A stretch of DNA of 64,000 nt, taken from positions 22,940,001 to 23,004,000 of the forward strand of contig OZ281495.1 of NCBI GenBank assembly GCA_965637545.1. Direction: 5' to 3'. How positions within the stretch are numbered: the first letter of the stretch is position 1; each line of letters opens with the position of its first letter. A model generated the notes under the pieces. The model was not told where the DNA came from. It made no database searches and saw only the letters and a list, made by a program, of their open reading frames with translations. The DNA is from Phallusia mammillata (taxonomy: Eukaryota). The position numbers and the translations under genes were made by a program. Below are positions 59,653-64,000 of the stretch, one piece after another.

Positions 59653-62600
59653 TTATCTCCCCTCGGTGGACGGAAACACAAAATGTGTGCAGTTATTGAG
59701 CGGCGTCGCAGGCTTGCCACTGCCAGGTGGTGAAGTTTCACAATATGGAGATGGCGGTTTGCTGCCACCGTTACACAAGGTGGTATTTTGGCCGCGCGAC
59801 AATCCAAGGTCAAAGGAGAAGCGGTGCGACGGAGAGTGATTGTTGTTGTTCAAGACCTCGTTTTCGTCGCTTTTTCGTGCCCGCGCTCGGCCGCCAGGTG
59901 GTGCTCGTAAGGCGTCGTCCAGCGCGGCAGTCCTGCCCGGTTCAGGCCATTCAAACTTTACAGAAGATGCGGGTGATGCGCTCCGGTTTAAGTCCTTTGC
60001 CTGGAGACAGAGTCGCGCAAACGGTGAACGTATTGTGGGTGAAGAAACGCTTTTCACGACACCGAGACGTGGAGATGGCGCTTCATCGTTGGGTAGAGGG
60101 GAAGGTGGCGCAGTATTGTTATCTCGCAGCTTCCCAAGTCGGAGTTTAGGTTTCCTTCTAGAGCTGCGTGTGCGCTCTGGAGACGAACCGGAGGAGTTAT
60201 TAGCCTCCGGCGGGTTAGTACAGACTTTCAGTTCTTTCGGTGCCGGCAGACTGTTGCCGGACAACGAGCGTCGATGTTTTGGGGTTTGAGGACGTGGTGG
60301 GTCAGCCGCTGGGGGCGCGGTTACAATTGGGGCCGGAGGACTACGGATGGACCCATTCGTGGATGGGGTGGTGACGTTTTCGCCCGCGAGAATACGAGCG
60401 TAGCGACTCAAAGCTTGATGGACAAACTGGTATTGCTCCCATGTCTGGATCATACCACCTCTGCAAACAAAATGCGATGATTAAACGCTAAAGTAAAAGA
60501 TCACGCTATTCAGTACAAGCAGTTGAAAATAGAAGTCCGTTATTTTCAACACAAAATTTTAAATATTTATTTGGATTTTTTTGACATCCAAATAACTGAC
60601 TAGTCGGACATGAAACTCTGAATACATTATCATAATCAAAGTTAAGGAAACTCCCATAATACCTGTCAAGCCGCATTTGAGACACGATCCGGAGAATATC
60701 GACTTTGCCGGTTTTCAGTAGTTGTTCACAGCCTACTGACACCGCAATGTAGCAACCTGTTCGACCAATGCCAGCACTGTAACAAAAAATGGTGGTCACA
60801 ACCAGTTCATCCATAGGCAAAGTTCGGGTCTGTGTACTCTTAAAAATTTCAAATAAAGTCCCTAGCGCCAAAATATCAATTGCATCATTTAGTTTCATTA
60901 GAAATGCTAGCCTTTTTCAAAATTGTTTAAGCCTGAAATGGAACTAGCTAAAGAAAAAATGTCCAGATCAAAACTTTCGGAACTTTTACCAACTGAAACT
61001 TTAACAAACAAAATCATTCAAATTTATATTAGTTCCTAAACATACACTAGTATTGCAATTTGCGTTGATATACCTGCAATGCACAGCAATCGGTCCATGA
61101 CTGTCCTTCTTCCATCTCGTGACCTCCTGGACGAGTTCAAGCAAACCTCGCGTCTTTTCAGGCGTCTCATGGTCCATCCACGTTGTGTACCAATAATGGT
61201 TTACCGATCTTGATTCGCCGTCAGTGTTAGTCAGAGTCAGCTGTACAATATAACAGTTCATTAAAGTCGTTGATTTTACGAGTAGAAAAGACATTGCTTG
61301 TCATATCAGAAGAATTTTACTTAATTGAAAATTGCTGACATGGCAATTTTGCTATTATGTCTATTCTAAACCATACATTGACAGAAAAAAGACGACGTAC
61401 CGATCGCACACTGAAGTGTTCAAACTGTCGGATTGATTCTACTTTGACAGTTACACCACCGAAGCATTCGCTTTGGCCAACATTAATTGGAAGGTAGCGG
61501 CTGCATTTCTGCAAATAAAAAACAGGTTTAGCTCTGCCCCTTGTTAATTATCCCCAACACAGTAATTAGTTTGTGAAGAAAAAAAAACATTTCGTTGCAA
61601 CTAAAAGTAAATTACATATTTTAGTATATTGCATAACAACCCACTAGAGGAGAAAAATCAGTTTGGCGAGGATTTTTGATGCAGTACATAGGTTAAAATG
61701 CCCAACCAAGCCCCGTGAGACAGGGAAAATTTCATTTAGATCGATTGAACCTGGTTATGCCTCTTACCTCTTTCCGTTCCATCAGCTTAGTGATCATTAT
61801 GATGCTTCGAACTCGTTGTTGCCACGTCATACGCCAAAAGTCGTCAATCGTGTTTGCCATTGGCCCCTGCGCGACAGACAAACTTGACAGGTCGAACGGG
61901 TATATATGTGTGGTTATTTATAGCTAGACAGCACAAGGGAATAGTTTTCGAGCCAAAATGTCAACGTCCATGTATGCGACAGGTTTTGGCCCAGCGACAA
62001 ACGTGCTTAAAAGCAGACCACAAGTCACACCACGTTGGTGGTCACACATTATATTGTTCTTCTGCTTAAAAAGATCTAGACATAAACGTTAACATTCACG
62101 CATGGTGAAATCAAGATTTGGTAAACAATACAACGACAAACAATGCTAAAACCGACATTACTCTGGGCTTTTTCAGCTTGGAAGCAGTAGAACTAATTCA
62201 CCAGCAAACCCTTGGTGAAAACAAAATCGACTCTAGTCAAGCTTTATCAAAGAAATTGCATTCGAAGAAGCTGATGCTAAATAGGCGAAATGTATGTGCC
62301 TTATAACTAGAACTGGCTGACTTCTTTTTAACTTTCATTGGCTTTTACACGGTAACGCAAGGTCTTTAATACGACAAAAATTCAGAGGGAAATATGTTAT
62401 TCGTACCTGTGTGGCAATGAAGGCGGAATTTTTCAATGTCACAGGTACTGCTGAGGATGGAACGTCACGTACAGCTTTGCTTGGGGATTTGAGAAACGCG
62501 CAGTTCCTCACGTAATTCGCGTTAATGTAGGTCGAGAGTGCGTCGTCCTCTTCATCACCGGGACAGCTTTCCAAAACCACTCGGCTATGTTCGTCTGTAG

Positions 62601-63710
62601 AAACATATTAAGGGTTAAAATAATTTTTGTTAGAGGACATCTAAATTGAAACTGATAGTCGCTGGCTATAAACAAGTTTTAGTGAGGAGTTGGTAAACTT
62701 TTATTTTTGTTTAACAACGCGAAAAATGACTATTAGGTGCAGAGGGAGAAAAGTAAAACAAAGTAATCTAACCAAAAGTTATGAAATACACTGCACTGAT
62801 ATATTATAGAACTTTAAGAGCTTTTTATTTGCTCAAAATAAACGTTTAACATTTTGTTCGTCTGTGGGTCAACTGAGCACAGTTTCAAATGCCTATTTGT
62901 CATGCATGATATTTGTTTTCATTTGTTTCCTTTTGGTGCGCGGTACTTTCGATGATACTATTATTTCCCGTAAAATCCCTTGGTTAACAGCAGTGTCGCG
63001 TTTTCGGTATTTATTCACACATTATAAATAACCACGCCTATAGTGTGATTCAAACTCTCAACGCCAACGTCAGTTCTTCCCAATAGGGAAAGTCCCGCGT
63101 GGTCGTGACGTACTTGGCAAAATTGTGCGGTAGCGATTCTTAGTGCCGTGGCCGGCGATGCTAAAGTGTTTCTCCGAAGGATGGTTCATAGGTATTTCCC
63201 AGAATTCCTTCTGCAGTCGCGTAAGGTCACACGCCTTGTTCTGAATCTCGTCCGGCAGAAGCGGAGATGAGGCTTGTTGGAGATAGGTCAATGGCTTGCT
63301 GCAGAACAAAAGCAACGTATTTTGATCACACCCATAAAAAACTTAATCACAATATTGATTTTGCACTCAAAATGCATATTTCTGCATGTTTACATTCAAA
63401 AAAACAGCCGATCATTTAAAACCATTTTAAGACAGTATATTGCTCCCATACAAATGGACTTCAAAATATTTTTAATTACAATAAAATCAACCTTTCAGGG
63501 CTCGTTTGGCAAGTATATACAAGGTTAATATTATGCCTGACAGCAACAGCTTATAGGCTACATATTGCAAGAAATTGCTACCTGTTTTAGTAATTTTAAA
63601 TTTTAGTTACTTTTGAGTATACTTACGGTGATTTTGAGGTAGCAGGATTGGAAGAATTGGATTTCTCGCCAGCTCTTAGTGAAATTGTCAACGCAACATT
63701 TGATCCTCTT
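59653..63710 (-). CDS. PTPRR: KIM-containing (MAPK-binding) protein tyrosine phosphatase of the PTPRR/PTPN5/PTPN7 family; 5' part beyond the window
   Basis: complement(join(63627..63710,63114..63298,62407..62594,61768..61866,61401..61508,61074..61240,60663..60776,59653..60460)). KIM (R)[11 protein letters not shown]; EFWEIPMN...[13 protein letters not shown]; YINANY; FIATQGP; DFWRM; [10 protein letters not shown]; [12 protein letters not shown]. Confidence 0.93.
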
Positions 63711-64000
63711 CTGCTCAACAAAATAAAAGTGTTAACATTATCAGTAAACATGTGCAAGTTTTTAAACAGAAAATCTTATAGTATGCACCTATGAATTAGG
63801 CTAAAACCAAGATGACTCAATTTGTAGGTAAACATGTCATCTTTTCACAAATATATGTTGAATTGGATAATTGTTAATGTTGTTTGACTTGTTTAAACTT
63901 ATTTTATAAGAAACTATGTATTAAACTGCAGTTATTCATCACAACCTTAGCTGAGTTGCTCCTTTTGAAAAAAAAACATGCATACAAAAGAAACAGCATC

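Overview
AT-rich, compact eukaryotic genomic DNA from an invertebrate chordate. An ascidian tunicate is inferred from many ~50-150 nt GT-AG introns, a chordate gene set, operon-like gene packing and mosaic CpG depletion. Manual splicing gives, in order: GDPD1/3 (3' end, +), TRAF4 (+, 7 coding exons), LYRM2, JMJD8, TOP3B (15 coding exons), MSRB3-like (-), intronless USP48, CCDC28, a SWAP70/DEF6 homologue (12 exons), an unannotated secreted prepropeptide gene (-), Unkempt (-), a membrane-anchored copine/vWA protein, IMMP1L and a KIM-type tyrosine phosphatase (-, runs off the window). Several hAT/Buster MITEs and a tRNA-derived SINE lie in introns and promoters. The best find is not visible in the ORF track: the gene at 41051-43125 (-). 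It has a TATA box, a non-coding first exon, a signal-peptide exon and a phase-2 intron just before a furin site (RERR). It releases a 34-residue peptide that aligns without gaps to TIP39/PTH2 and PTHrP, so it is a candidate tunicate parathyroid-hormone-family gene. Other notable items: an MsrB whose overlapping first-exon frames appear to encode ER, mitochondrial and cytosolic forms; a RING-less Unkempt; and a KIM-PTP with a WMD loop and a long C-terminal tail. All homology calls come from remembered family sequences; no database searches were run.
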